Positions 39,476 through 48,770 of a DNA stretch of 64,000 nt are shown piece by piece (the first letter of the stretch is position 1; each line of letters begins with the position of its first letter). Where the stretch lies: sequence record OR844650.1. One strand, 5' to 3'. The notes beneath the pieces were generated by a model. That model made no database searches. It was not told where the DNA came from and saw only the letters and a program-made list of their open reading frames with translations. Position numbers and translations under genes: made by a program.

Positions 39476-40098
39476 AAGTCTAAGTCTATACCCTTTTCAA
39501 TAGATTTCTCTAGAACCCAAAGTTTACATTCTTCACTCTCCAAATGTATCTTTGCCTCTTTCTGTTGTTCTATTGTACAAGACATTATGAATTCACGCAA
39601 GGCTTCTATCGTATTTTTTAAATTTTTTATATCATCGATGATTTTTTCTTTGGTTTCTTCATCGATTACACATGAACTCCAACTGTGTCGTTCCTCCCAA
39701 ACAGTTTTAGTAGGATTAAAAATTGATGGAGTAGATTTGAATGCATGGATCTTATTAAATGTGTTATCTGCTTCTTGTTGGGTGTAATCACCATATGTGT
39801 TTAGCACATTTTTGTATAATTTATCAATCGCCTCTTCATACGTATCACCACCACAATCCAATTGATAATCATGTGCTTGTACCCATTCGTCGTCTTGCTC
39901 AATATACATTGGTGAAAGAAATTCTACCCAAAATTGAGTCTTTGTATTCAATGCTTTGAAATCTTCAATTCGATTTGTCATTGGACACACATCATGAGGT
40001 TCTATATCAATCCTAGCTGGAACCATATCTTTGTTTATGAATTTAGGATGAGCCAAAATCCACCAGTACTTTTCAGATGTAGTCATAGTAATCTCCAA
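39472..40098 (-). CDS. Hypothetical protein
   Basis: 208 aa with GGAG SD. Confidence 0.65.
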   Translation of the reverse strand: MEITMTTSEKYWWILAHPKFINKDMVPARIDIEPHDVCPMTNRIEDFKALNTKTQFWVEFLSPMYIEQDDEWVQAHDYQLDCGGDTYEEAIDKLYKNVLNTYGDYTQQEADNTFNKIHAFKSTPSIFNPTKTVWEERHSWSSCVIDEETKEKIIDDIKNLKNTIEALREFIMSCTIEQQKEAKIHLESEECKLWVLEKSIEKGIDLDL

Positions 40099-40132
40099 TT
40101 AAAAAGTACTGCCCACTGTGGTAGTACTGATA

Positions 40133-40492
40133 TTAAATGTAACGTTTCTTTTTATAATCATACCCTACTGCTTTGTAAAAATCAAACAAAGAAGCATGTT
40201 CAAATGTAGGTAATAGGTCATATGGGTGCTGATAGTTCGCAATACCAACAATAGCCAGCATTGATTCAGCAGTTCTTACGTTCTCACTATCCCATTCATC
40301 CAAACGCCACAGTGAGCAAAGTACCTCTCGTTCATGTTTCTTACCCAGAAAGAATCCAGCTTCACGGTCACGAAATGCACCTACACTGATAGTACTTTTG
40401 TACCAGTCTTTTTCACCATATAATGGCATACGGATAATATGTTTTTCTTTAGCTTCTCCAAAGCGATGAAGAAATGCTACATAATCACTCAT
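40133..40492 (-). CDS. Hypothetical phage protein
   Basis: 119 aa ending SLFDFYKAVGYDYKKKRY. Confidence 0.65.
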   Translation of the reverse strand: MSDYVAFLHRFGEAKEKHIIRMPLYGEKDWYKSTISVGAFRDREAGFFLGKKHEREVLCSLWRLDEWDSENVRTAESMLAIVGIANYQHPYDLLPTFEHASLFDFYKAVGYDYKKKRYI

Positions 40493-40659
40493 AATTTATA
40501 ACCCATTACAGGTTTGGTATGATCCGGTTCGTAAGACTTTTCAGTACTGAACCCGCTGAAATTACCACGACCTGGATTCGGGCAAGCCATCCCTTGTATT
40601 GAATGCTTACCCTTATCTTTGCCACAATTTTTACATTTGTAGTCAATTACTTCTTTCAT
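40489..40659 (-). CDS. Small Cys/His protein (56 aa, not in ORF track)
   Basis: MKEVIDYKCKNCGKDKGKH..CP; AAGGA SD; ATGA overlap with the next gene. Confidence 0.6.
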   Translation of the reverse strand: MKEVIDYKCKNCGKDKGKHSIQGMACPNPGRGNFSGFSTEKSYEPDHTKPVMGYKL

Positions 40660-40889
40660 TGTGCATCCTTCGGAACAGTATTAAGACGTTTGCGATTCAC
40701 AATCTTCCTGCACATGAGATTAAGATCTTGCCCATGACGCATAGTATGACATGCGTATAGTGTTCCTTGGTGATTTAGTTTTGTTAAACCTTGACGGATG
40801 ATTTCAGCATCCATCTCATCAACTTTAGGAGCACAACCACAGAGAATAATGGATACAAATATTGTTAATGTAATGAATATATTTTTCAT
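40656..40889 (-). CDS. Small lipoprotein
   Basis: Signal peptide with lipobox ILCG-C. Confidence 0.6.
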   Translation of the reverse strand: MKNIFITLTIFVSIILCGCAPKVDEMDAEIIRQGLTKLNHQGTLYACHTMRHGQDLNLMCRKIVNRKRLNTVPKDAQ

Positions 40890-40901
40890 GATATTTTTTT
40901 C

Positions 40902-41282
40902 TCATTTAGTAAAACACGAATTATTACTGATAAGTTCATCAAGTACGTTTTGTACTTCGATAGAATTAATATCAACTTTGTAATAATTATAGTTTTTAAC
41001 TCTAAAATGTTCTTTTGATATATCAACTTTAAATTCAATAATATCAAGATTACCAATAAAATCAGACTTATCAGTTCTTAAATCCAAAATACCTAATTCC
41101 GGTTTTTGTGGTTTACATAAAATCAAACCAAATTTATTTTCTTCAAATGCCTGATTAAACATATCATAATAATCACTAATAACAAATCTAATATTATCAG
41201 TGCTTAACTTTCCTGATTTTCCTTTTTTATAAACAGAAACAATGTTTAGTTCAAAGGTTTTACCAAAGCGTGTGATTTTCAT
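40902..41282 (-). CDS. Hypothetical protein
   Basis: 126-aa tiling ORF. Confidence 0.6.
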   Translation of the reverse strand: MKITRFGKTFELNIVSVYKKGKSGKLSTDNIRFVISDYYDMFNQAFEENKFGLILCKPQKPELGILDLRTDKSDFIGNLDIIEFKVDISKEHFRVKNYNYYKVDINSIEVQNVLDELISNNSCFTK

Positions 41283-42250
41283 TTTGGGCTATAACCACTT
41301 TTAATTTTGGAAATTACTTTCTTCTCGAAGAACTTACGTGCTTCTTCAATAGTTTCGAATTCTTCACCATCAGTAGTACTGGTTTTACCAATAGCACCGT
41401 ACTCAATAATTACTTCACACACTGGAGCATTCAATTCAATATTATAGAATTTGTTTGAAGAACCGTGAACATATTCCAAATGAACATTATCAGGAATGTT
41501 CTGTACATAATCATAGTTCTTGAAGATAATATCAATCATATTTTCTTCGCCGCGATCAGGAAATAGTTCAGTATTATTCAGTACTAAACGCTGTGCAGCA
41601 CGGAACATATCAAAATATTGTTCGCCTTTTTTCAGTTCTTTTGTATCAGAACAGAAATGACCATAGTATTCTACATAATCATTCCAAGGATAAATTCCTT
41701 CATCAGCAGTTTCAGACACGTAAGTTTCATCTTGTGGAACTTTAAAACCACGAGTTTTTGGATGAGAAATTAAGCACAGTGAAATATTATGACCGATATC
41801 TGAATCATCAGTAATACTACCACCAACCATATGAACAACATTTTTAATACTTTCAAAATCTACATCTTCAATTTCATGATACATTAAATGTTCTTCAATA
41901 TTACTTACTAGTAATGAATTACCATTTCCGGCATCGAATTCAAAAATGAAAAGTTCTACACAATCTTCTTCTTTCATTTCAATAGTATCACTGAGTTTAA
42001 TATACTCATTTTTTAATTGTTCAATATTTTCATGAGAACCAAAACTATAACGTGAACTGATATAACTACTACCGTCCAACCATCCCATATCCCAAGGTTC
42101 TTCTGACATGTATTCTGAGCTATAGAAATCAGTCAAATCATCTCTCTGAGTACAAACCGTAAGAGAACGAACATTACTAAGACCTTGAACTTCAAGATTC
42201 AGTACTGTAGTATTGCCAATTTTTTGTTCAGAAATAATTTTAGTTTTCAT
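41279..42250 (-). CDS. Acidic protein with C-terminal WGR domain
   Basis: HLEYVHGSSNKFYNI..EYGAIG..FETIEEARKFFEKKV..KIKSGY. Confidence 0.75.
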   Translation of the reverse strand: MKTKIISEQKIGNTTVLNLEVQGLSNVRSLTVCTQRDDLTDFYSSEYMSEEPWDMGWLDGSSYISSRYSFGSHENIEQLKNEYIKLSDTIEMKEEDCVELFIFEFDAGNGNSLLVSNIEEHLMYHEIEDVDFESIKNVVHMVGGSITDDSDIGHNISLCLISHPKTRGFKVPQDETYVSETADEGIYPWNDYVEYYGHFCSDTKELKKGEQYFDMFRAAQRLVLNNTELFPDRGEENMIDIIFKNYDYVQNIPDNVHLEYVHGSSNKFYNIELNAPVCEVIIEYGAIGKTSTTDGEEFETIEEARKFFEKKVISKIKSGYSPK

Positions 42251-42259
42251 TTAAAATAC

Positions 42260-42454
42260 CTATTGAATTGATTTACGCCATTTGGCTAGTTTAACATTCA
42301 TGTAAGTAAGGAACTCACGTTCCATCTCTTCTGAACTCATATTATCGCATTACAAAGCGAACATGTCAAGTGCACAAATGCAAAGATCTACAGCTTCACC
42401 TTTGACACCATCTTTACCTGCTTCTTTATATGATAACCCATCACTGATGTTCAT
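42260..42454 (-). pseudogene. Remnant of a MazG-like phage protein with an in-frame TAA
   Basis: MNISDGLSYKEAGKDGVKGEAVDLCICALDMFAL*CDNMSSEEMEREF..KLAKWRK; TAA at 42350-42352. Confidence 0.55.
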
Positions 42455-42467
42455 ATTTCATATCATC

Positions 42468-43118
42468 CTACTTTTTCGATTGGAACAATGCAATCTGTAC
42501 GCGTGTGATGAACTCACGCTCTACTTCTTCAGCACTGTGTCCTTCATATTGTGTCTTGAAAAGTTCCATTGCTTTTAGTGCCATCTGTACAGAAATGTCT
42601 GTAATACTTTCAGTACTGGTACTTTCAAATACATTTTTGAGGCTTAGTTCATCATCACTAACATCATCAACTTCAACTGGGGTGTTGTTTTGTTCATCAA
42701 TGTAACGTAAAGCTTTGTACTCTGCTTTTGTTAGAGTTTCATACCAACGTGGGTGGTGGAACAAATCATGCATTGTGACTTTTGCTGCTTCCATGAGAAG
42801 TAATAGCTCTTCATTTCTGCGAATATGTTTTTCTTCACCTTTATGATTTTTGTAAGTATATGCACAACGCATAATGGCTAATCGAACTTCACCTGCTTTG
42901 GTGATAGTGTATGAATGTATTGCATTATCATAATCACTTTCCCATTTCTGACCAGCATATTCGTACCAAAGTTCATTAGTTTCCCATTTAATGAAATCAA
43001 ATTCTAACAAACTGTCAATCAACTTAGCCAAATTACCACTGTACTCACGGCTAATGATATTGAAACCACCATTGTACTTTGCAAGGTACAGAATCTTTTC
43101 TTGAGTTACATTTTTCAT
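42468..43118 (-). CDS. Hypothetical protein
   Basis: 216 aa; its C-terminus resembles the downstream remnant. Confidence 0.65.
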   Translation of the reverse strand: MKNVTQEKILYLAKYNGGFNIISREYSGNLAKLIDSLLEFDFIKWETNELWYEYAGQKWESDYDNAIHSYTITKAGEVRLAIMRCAYTYKNHKGEEKHIRRNEELLLLMEAAKVTMHDLFHHPRWYETLTKAEYKALRYIDEQNNTPVEVDDVSDDELSLKNVFESTSTESITDISVQMALKAMELFKTQYEGHSAEEVEREFITRVQIALFQSKK

Positions 43119-43456
43119 TACATGTAATCCTTGATGTATTTTAGCAGTTTAGATTTCTCTTCGGTACTTAATGATTTCTTGTTCATTAAGTGTTTCATTT
43201 CTTGACGTTCAATTTCTTCACATCTTTTAGATTCAGCTTCAATTCGTGTATTATATTCTTCGTCAGTTTCTTCTCTGGTCCAAATTACATTGTATCCATG
43301 AAAACCGCCGTAACCACTGTCTGGTGAAAGACTAATGTGACCGTTATATTCAGCACGATACTTATCAAGAGTGTCAATAAAGGTATCAATGTCACACGGT
43401 TCAATTTCAATATAACCAATCACTACAGTAACGTCAATTTTGTTCATAAAGTTCAC
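43118..43456 (-). CDS. Hypothetical protein
   Basis: 112 aa, REETDEEYNTRIE. Confidence 0.65.
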   Translation of the reverse strand: MNFMNKIDVTVVIGYIEIEPCDIDTFIDTLDKYRAEYNGHISLSPDSGYGGFHGYNVIWTREETDEEYNTRIEAESKRCEEIERQEMKHLMNKKSLSTEEKSKLLKYIKDYM

Positions 43457-43474
43457 CTATAAAATTAGGGAGCA

Positions 43475-44032
43475 TTAGCTCCCTTTGTATTGATGTTTAC
43501 GTTTAGTACTGTATTTCCAGCCAGTACTATGTCTTGTTCTGATATCGTCCCAATACGATGGTAATGAACGCATCTTACGTCTTCCACGTATATCAGGTTC
43601 CCCCTCATCCTTCAGTACTGCACAAGCCATACGACGCTCTTGTTGAGTCTTAGGACGCTTGTATCGGGAGTGGTTATGTTTGTACATATACGAACGCTTA
43701 TGTCGCCATTCCGTATCACGAGCTTTACGTTTATGTTCCCAGTACTCATTATAGAGTATCATGTATTCACCCATAAGTAAATCAGGAGATACAAGTAATC
43801 CTTTTTCAGTACAAAGATAATAACCCACAAACTTTTCTGGAAACATTTCGTAATAGAAACGGTTCTTCCAAAATGTTTCACGATTCTTTTTGTTGAATTC
43901 AGCTAAATCGAATTTCATCTTACTGTGGAAACGGTCTATACCGTCATGTTCCGCAATGTACTCTAACAGATTATCAATAATCTCAACTTTACCAGAATCG
44001 TGATACAACGTAAATGTTTGGTCAAAAAACAT
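43475..44032 (-). CDS. Hypothetical basic phage protein
   Basis: 185 aa ending RSLPSYWDD..GWK; strong AAGGAG SD. Confidence 0.7.
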   Translation of the reverse strand: MFFDQTFTLYHDSGKVEIIDNLLEYIAEHDGIDRFHSKMKFDLAEFNKKNRETFWKNRFYYEMFPEKFVGYYLCTEKGLLVSPDLLMGEYMILYNEYWEHKRKARDTEWRHKRSYMYKHNHSRYKRPKTQQERRMACAVLKDEGEPDIRGRRKMRSLPSYWDDIRTRHSTGWKYSTKRKHQYKGS

Positions 44033-44258
44033 ATGAAATCTCCTTTAAGTTAAAATAACCTAATGGAAAGTCATTCTTCCTTTAATACATGTTCTCATGA
44101 TTTGTTCCTTTTGTCAAGATATAGATATAAAAAATCCCTGCCAAAAGACAGGGACGAAAAACTGAAATAACACATGGAGTTCTTTTTAATTTAATAAAAA
44201 GTATTATTATTCTTATAAAAGTATTTATTAAGAACTCCACAATATGGCTTCAAATGAA

Positions 44259-44447
44259 TCAAAAACCTTTCTGAGCTACTAGTTCACGGTACTGTGCACG
44301 AGTTAGTACACCTTGTTTGCGTAGAGCTTGTAGACCGGATAGGGTTTCACTCTTACGTTGTTCGTACATACGTTGTTCTTTAGATTGAATAACTTTCTCT
44401 TTCTTAACTTTTGCTACTGGTTCTTTTTTCTTAGGTTGTTTAGCCAT
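44259..44447 (-). CDS. Small basic protein
   Basis: 62 aa, Lys-rich; AAGGAG SD; own promoter. Confidence 0.7.
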   Translation of the reverse strand: MAKQPKKKEPVAKVKKEKVIQSKEQRMYEQRKSETLSGLQALRKQGVLTRAQYRELVAQKGF

Positions 44448-44478
44448 TTTATATCTCCTTCTGTATTATGATAACAAC

Positions 44479-44507
44479 ATTATATCATGTATGGGACATT
44501 ATGTCCC
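44479..44507 (-). promoter_or_regulatory. Promoter GGGACA-N17-TATAAT within a palindrome
   Basis: TATGGGACAT-A-ATGTCCCATA palindrome followed by TGATATAAT. Confidence 0.6.
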
Positions 44508-44515
44508 ATACAATA

Positions 44516-45955
44516 TTACATATTTTCTTCAGCAAATTCTGCAAGTGGTGAACGAACAACACCTTCTAGTTCGATGACACGACAACCTGCCCAATCTTTA
44601 AACTTCTCAGTTACATATGTCAAACCACTGTTAACAGGACTAATAAACTTACTGTCAATCTGACTCAAGTTACCCATAATTACTACTTTACAGTTTAATC
44701 CTGCTCGTGTCAAGATTGTTTTGGCTTGTGCAGGTGTAATGTTTTGGAATTCATCAACTACTAGAATAGTGTTGGTGAATGAACGTCCACGTACAAAGTT
44801 TAGTGCTTTAAATTGAATAACATTACGTTTCATAATCTCTTCAATACTACCTTGAGGGTTAGCATCATCTTTATGAAGAAACTCTAACGCGTCAATTGCG
44901 GCTCCACAGAATGGAATCACTTTTTCTGCTTCTGAACCTGGCAAGAAACCAATATCTTCAAACTGTGAGTCTTGAGTTTTAGAGAAGATGATTCGGTCGT
45001 ATTTACGTTTTTCCAGTACTAATTCTAATGCAGTAGCAATCGTAATTAGTGTTTTACCAGTACCAGCAGAACCTAGCAGTACTGTTAGATGTACATCAGG
45101 ATCGAGAATACTGTTGATGGCGAGTGCTTGTTGGATATTCTTTGCTTTAATATCCCATACTTTAGCACGTAAAGCTACTGATTGTCCAATATCTTGGAAT
45201 ACCAAAATATCTTCTGGTGTTAGTGTTCCATCATCTTCCTCAATTGCTGATTGACCTTCGTACACAAATAATACGTCTGCATCATCATATAGATAATCAC
45301 CGATGCATAGATTTTGTGGGAGCAAATGCTCAATCAAGCTTTTGGAAATGTAATGATACAAACGACGACCAACTTGTTCGGATTGAATATTAGTATTGGT
45401 TAAGTTGCTATATACTTCCCAAAAATTGATTTCCAAATGGTGTTGACCAATGTGAATCAAATCACTATCACCAATAACAATATCATGGCGATAATCTTGT
45501 ACCTCGACACCATAACTTAGTGCTTTGATACGCATGTTGATATCACGAGTTACCAGTACTGATTCTGTTGCTAAAGCTACCAGAATGATTTTATCATCAG
45601 GTACTGTGCTTTTGAGAAGGGTTTGAACTTTCTCTTCTGAACCTTTAGTACGAATTAGTGCTTCAGCTTCTTCGTTTGTAATAACAAACAATTTGCTATC
45701 AGGATTCATATTGGTATGAACATCAGCAATATTAACACCAGTACTACTAATCTCATCATGTGATGCATCTGCAATAATTGCTTCAATGTTACGAATAGCA
45801 ACACGAGCATCGCGTGAAACATCTACATTACGACTCTTAATTGAATCCAATTCTTCCAGTACTGTAAATGGTAGAATGATTGCAGCACCATCAAAAGCAA
45901 TAGATGCATTAGGGTCAGATAGTAGTACGTTTGTGTCAATTGTATATTTTTTCAT
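44516..45955 (-). CDS. phoH: PhoH-family ATPase with N-terminal PIN domain
   Basis: PIN IDTNVLLSDP..VLEELD..PDDKII..TRDINMRIKA; Walker A GSAGTGKT; RGRSF; DEFQN. Confidence 0.93.
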   Translation of the reverse strand: MKKYTIDTNVLLSDPNASIAFDGAAIILPFTVLEELDSIKSRNVDVSRDARVAIRNIEAIIADASHDEISSTGVNIADVHTNMNPDSKLFVITNEEAEALIRTKGSEEKVQTLLKSTVPDDKIILVALATESVLVTRDINMRIKALSYGVEVQDYRHDIVIGDSDLIHIGQHHLEINFWEVYSNLTNTNIQSEQVGRRLYHYISKSLIEHLLPQNLCIGDYLYDDADVLFVYEGQSAIEEDDGTLTPEDILVFQDIGQSVALRAKVWDIKAKNIQQALAINSILDPDVHLTVLLGSAGTGKTLITIATALELVLEKRKYDRIIFSKTQDSQFEDIGFLPGSEAEKVIPFCGAAIDALEFLHKDDANPQGSIEEIMKRNVIQFKALNFVRGRSFTNTILVVDEFQNITPAQAKTILTRAGLNCKVVIMGNLSQIDSKFISPVNSGLTYVTEKFKDWAGCRVIELEGVVRSPLAEFAEENM

Positions 45956-46015
45956 AAAACATCCTTGAGTTATGAGTACATCCTTGTACTCGACTAATGT
46001 TATTGACTCGGATTA

Positions 46016-46318
46016 TTACATATTTGGTTCGTATTCAACATAGCAACGTGAACCTCGAACCTTTTCTTCCCAGCACTCCTGGTAAACAAGTTGACCAATT
46101 GAAACTGGTTCTCTTGATAGTCCATTACGTACTTCACCATTTTGGGTTTTATACATAAATGAACATTTGGACTCGCTACATTGTCCTAAACTAACAACTT
46201 CTGCGGTATTGTAGTGAATGTTGGTACGCTTAGTGTTCTCGTGATACTGTCCGAACCAAAGAACTCCTGCACCTAACAGAACAGTACAAATAAGACTTTT
46301 GATGTGTGTTTGAATCAT
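46016..46318 (-). CDS. Membrane-anchored hypothetical protein
   Basis: N-terminal TM helix and paired Cys. Confidence 0.6.
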   Translation of the reverse strand: MIQTHIKSLICTVLLGAGVLWFGQYHENTKRTNIHYNTAEVVSLGQCSESKCSFMYKTQNGEVRNGLSREPVSIGQLVYQECWEEKVRGSRCYVEYEPNM

Positions 46319-46635
46319 AATGAGTTAAATCCATTGTTTAAGTATGTTTCAATATTAATTTTACCAACAGGATTACTACTGTGAACAAAGTACTCAAACG
46401 GTTCTTTAATATTATTATCAAACATATAATCAATAAGAAACTTAGCAAAAGAATATCCAGTCTTTTCGTCTTCGCTCACATCACCCAAGTCATGGTCGAA
46501 TGATACAAATGCTGGAATTCCATTTTCAATAACATATTCACATGCACTTTTAAAGTCACGACATACCACCATATCTTGGTTTGGATAATATAGATTTGCA
46601 TCACGAATATCATCCAAAAACATTGAGTAAGACAT
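46315..46635 (-). CDS. Cyclic-phosphate-processing receiver-domain protein
   Basis: FLDDIR, SFDHDLG, TGYSFAKFL, VHSSNPVG. Confidence 0.75.
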   Translation of the reverse strand: MSYSMFLDDIRDANLYYPNQDMVVCRDFKSACEYVIENGIPAFVSFDHDLGDVSEDEKTGYSFAKFLIDYMFDNNIKEPFEYFVHSSNPVGKINIETYLNNGFNSL

Positions 46636-46644
46636 GTTAAACTC

Positions 46645-47196
46645 CTATAGATAACTAATTAGTAAGTTTTCTTTTTGAACCAGATACTCCAATTCTTGTT
46701 TTGCTGTACCGATGAAGTTCTGTGTCATAAGATTATTATATCCCGCTTCTCGATTTTGTCCCTTAGAATAACGAGAAATATGACATAAATTTACACCAGC
46801 AACTTCTGCACTTGCATGTTTAGCATTAGTGTATCCATCTCTAATGTGTTTCAACTCGTCATAGGTTACTTCATAGCTAAAACTGTGACTGTTTGCACCT
46901 GGGTAAATTTCAAAAGTTTTGAGTGGTCGAAGATGGGAAACAAAAATATTGTAATCCATTTCTTCTTGAACTTCACGACGCAACGCATATTCTAGTGAGA
47001 TATCAGTACTTTCTACGGTTCCACCACATCCACCAAGAAGACCATCCCATCGTAATTGCAGTAATACTAAATTTACTTCTGGTATATCATTCAACTCATA
47101 GTTTTTGTAAGGGTTGCATTTTCTTGCAAAGAAATAACAAAATACAAAATTTGCACGTGTGCCATATTCACCAAAGGGAACTTCTTTAACACTCAT
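46645..47196 (-). CDS. Nudix hydrolase of NUDT16-like type
   Basis: LQLRWDGLLGGCGGTVE..ALRREVQEEM..EVAG..NFIGTAKQEL parallels NUDT16 MQMRFDGRLGFPGGFVD..NRELREEL..EVLG..SFIGSAREQL (from recall). Confidence 0.8.
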   Translation of the reverse strand: MSVKEVPFGEYGTRANFVFCYFFARKCNPYKNYELNDIPEVNLVLLQLRWDGLLGGCGGTVESTDISLEYALRREVQEEMDYNIFVSHLRPLKTFEIYPGANSHSFSYEVTYDELKHIRDGYTNAKHASAEVAGVNLCHISRYSKGQNREAGYNNLMTQNFIGTAKQELEYLVQKENLLISYL

Positions 47197-47951
47197 TTCA
47201 TACGTTCCTTAATTATAGTCTCTAGATGCGGTATTGCTTTGGTTGCTGGCTTGATAACTTTTTCATTAAACAAAAAATCATTATCATTTTTACGAATGTT
47301 AACATTAACACTATAACATGGTAATGCTGCTGCTAATCTCGACCATACCAGTACTGTATCGCTACTACCAATTACAATAACTGTATCATTTTCATTAAGA
47401 GATTTCAACACATTATTTCGTTCTTCGTAAATTGGTAAGCGAATACCATCAACATAACGATGATATTCTCCAATCATTACTACATTTGGTTTAGCAAAAA
47501 CATCATGTTTTGGTATGTATGGTTCGTATCCGCAGTTAATAACATTATAATCATCGGAATTGATACTATAATTTTCAATAACTTCGCACAAGTTTCCATG
47601 AAGTTTAAGCTCATGACCACCAATACGAGTATAAAGATCGTCCATGTTAGAAGTCATATGAAGGAAGCAATCACCATATTGATCTTCTAACGATTTTATA
47701 AAATAATGCATTGCATTCGGTTCGCATTGTCCCAATTTTACACGTAATGTATTATAGAAAGAATGAACAACATGATATTTTGTAGTTAAACTAGCAATGT
47801 TACATACATCATTAATTTTAAATGTATCCCACAAACCATCATCAAATCGAAAAGGTTCCATACCACTTTCAACAGAAAGTCCTGCACCTGATATAATCAG
47901 TAATCGCTTTTTACCTTCATTGCTTATAAATTTTTCTGATATCATATTCAA
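47193..47951 (-). CDS. Sir2-family NAD-dependent enzyme
   Basis: SGAGLSVESG..FR..GLW, TSNMDDL, LHG, KPNVVMIGE, VIGSS; no Zn-ribbon CxxC pairs. Confidence 0.9.
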   Translation of the reverse strand: MNMISEKFISNEGKKRLLIISGAGLSVESGMEPFRFDDGLWDTFKINDVCNIASLTTKYHVVHSFYNTLRVKLGQCEPNAMHYFIKSLEDQYGDCFLHMTSNMDDLYTRIGGHELKLHGNLCEVIENYSINSDDYNVINCGYEPYIPKHDVFAKPNVVMIGEYHRYVDGIRLPIYEERNNVLKSLNENDTVIVIGSSDTVLVWSRLAAALPCYSVNVNIRKNDNDFLFNEKVIKPATKAIPHLETIIKERMK

Positions 47952-47954
47952 TCC

Positions 47955-48149
47955 TTATAAAAAACCAATTAAATATATTGATAATAACAGAATGATTCCA
48001 ATATGATAGGCATACATAAAATTATTATCTTTGTGATAACCATTGGATTTCAAGTCCCTATATAAGCATTTAGTATTGTTATAAATTACAACAATAGAAA
48101 AAACTATAAAAAAACTCAAAACCCATTCATAAATTGTGTATGCCATCAT
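47955..48149 (-). CDS. Small two-TM protein
   Basis: 64 aa, hydrophobic. Confidence 0.55.
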   Translation of the reverse strand: MMAYTIYEWVLSFFIVFSIVVIYNNTKCLYRDLKSNGYHKDNNFMYAYHIGIILLLSIYLIGFL

Positions 48150-48176
48150 CTATTCTCTCTTATAATATTAGTACTT

Positions 48177-48770
48177 TTAATATTTTAAAACATCAAACTC
48201 TTCGCTTACGCTTGTTACATTATCACTAACAATTTTAAAAATTGATTTGATACGTTCGTGTAGTGGTTTTTTAGATTCGTTCTCAACTTCAATATATGCT
48301 TGCATTGCTGCAATTGCATGATATGTCCCACTACCTACTGCGGTAATTCTTGTTTTAGGTTGTAGTACTGAAAAGTCTTCTTGAACTTCATAGATTGTAT
48401 GATTGTGGAGAATGATAAATTGTCCACCACCTACATCTTGTGATGCATCTCGTGCACCCCATTCTTCTTTAAACATTTGACGAATAATTGGAATAACTTT
48501 AAGAACCAAATATTGTGAAAATGTTTGACTAGCATCTTGTTCAGGTAAATTAAGGTTATAATTTAACAACTGACCCATACGAAATGATGTAGTATAACCC
48601 AATGCCATTACTTCTTTAGTTCTAGTTAGTCCATCATCATGTAACTTGATAAATTCTTTCTCGAATACCTTTGGTTCAGTTTGAACAGTTTTTGTAAATC
48701 CATTGCTTCCTAACTTATCCCCAGCAATAAAAGAACTTACTCCGTTAGTGTGTGCAATAATACAGGTCAT
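48177..48770 (-). CDS. HslV/proteasome-beta-like Ntn peptidase
   Basis: Begins M-T-C-I-I-A (N-terminal Thr nucleophile), AGD, AVGSG. Start moved to ATG 48770 (GGAG SD). Confidence 0.8.
   Translation of the reverse strand: MTCIIAHTNGVSSFIAGDKLGSNGFTKTVQTEPKVFEKEFIKLHDDGLTRTKEVMALGYTTSFRMGQLLNYNLNLPEQDASQTFSQYLVLKVIPIIRQMFKEEWGARDASQDVGGGQFIILHNHTIYEVQEDFSVLQPKTRITAVGSGTYHAIAAMQAYIEVENESKKPLHERIKSIFKIVSDNVTSVSEEFDVLKY

Noticed and set aside
42350-42352. Stop-codon reassignment
   Set aside because: A single in-frame TAA in a truncated remnant; all conserved genes read through in the standard code, and TAA is the usual terminator here.
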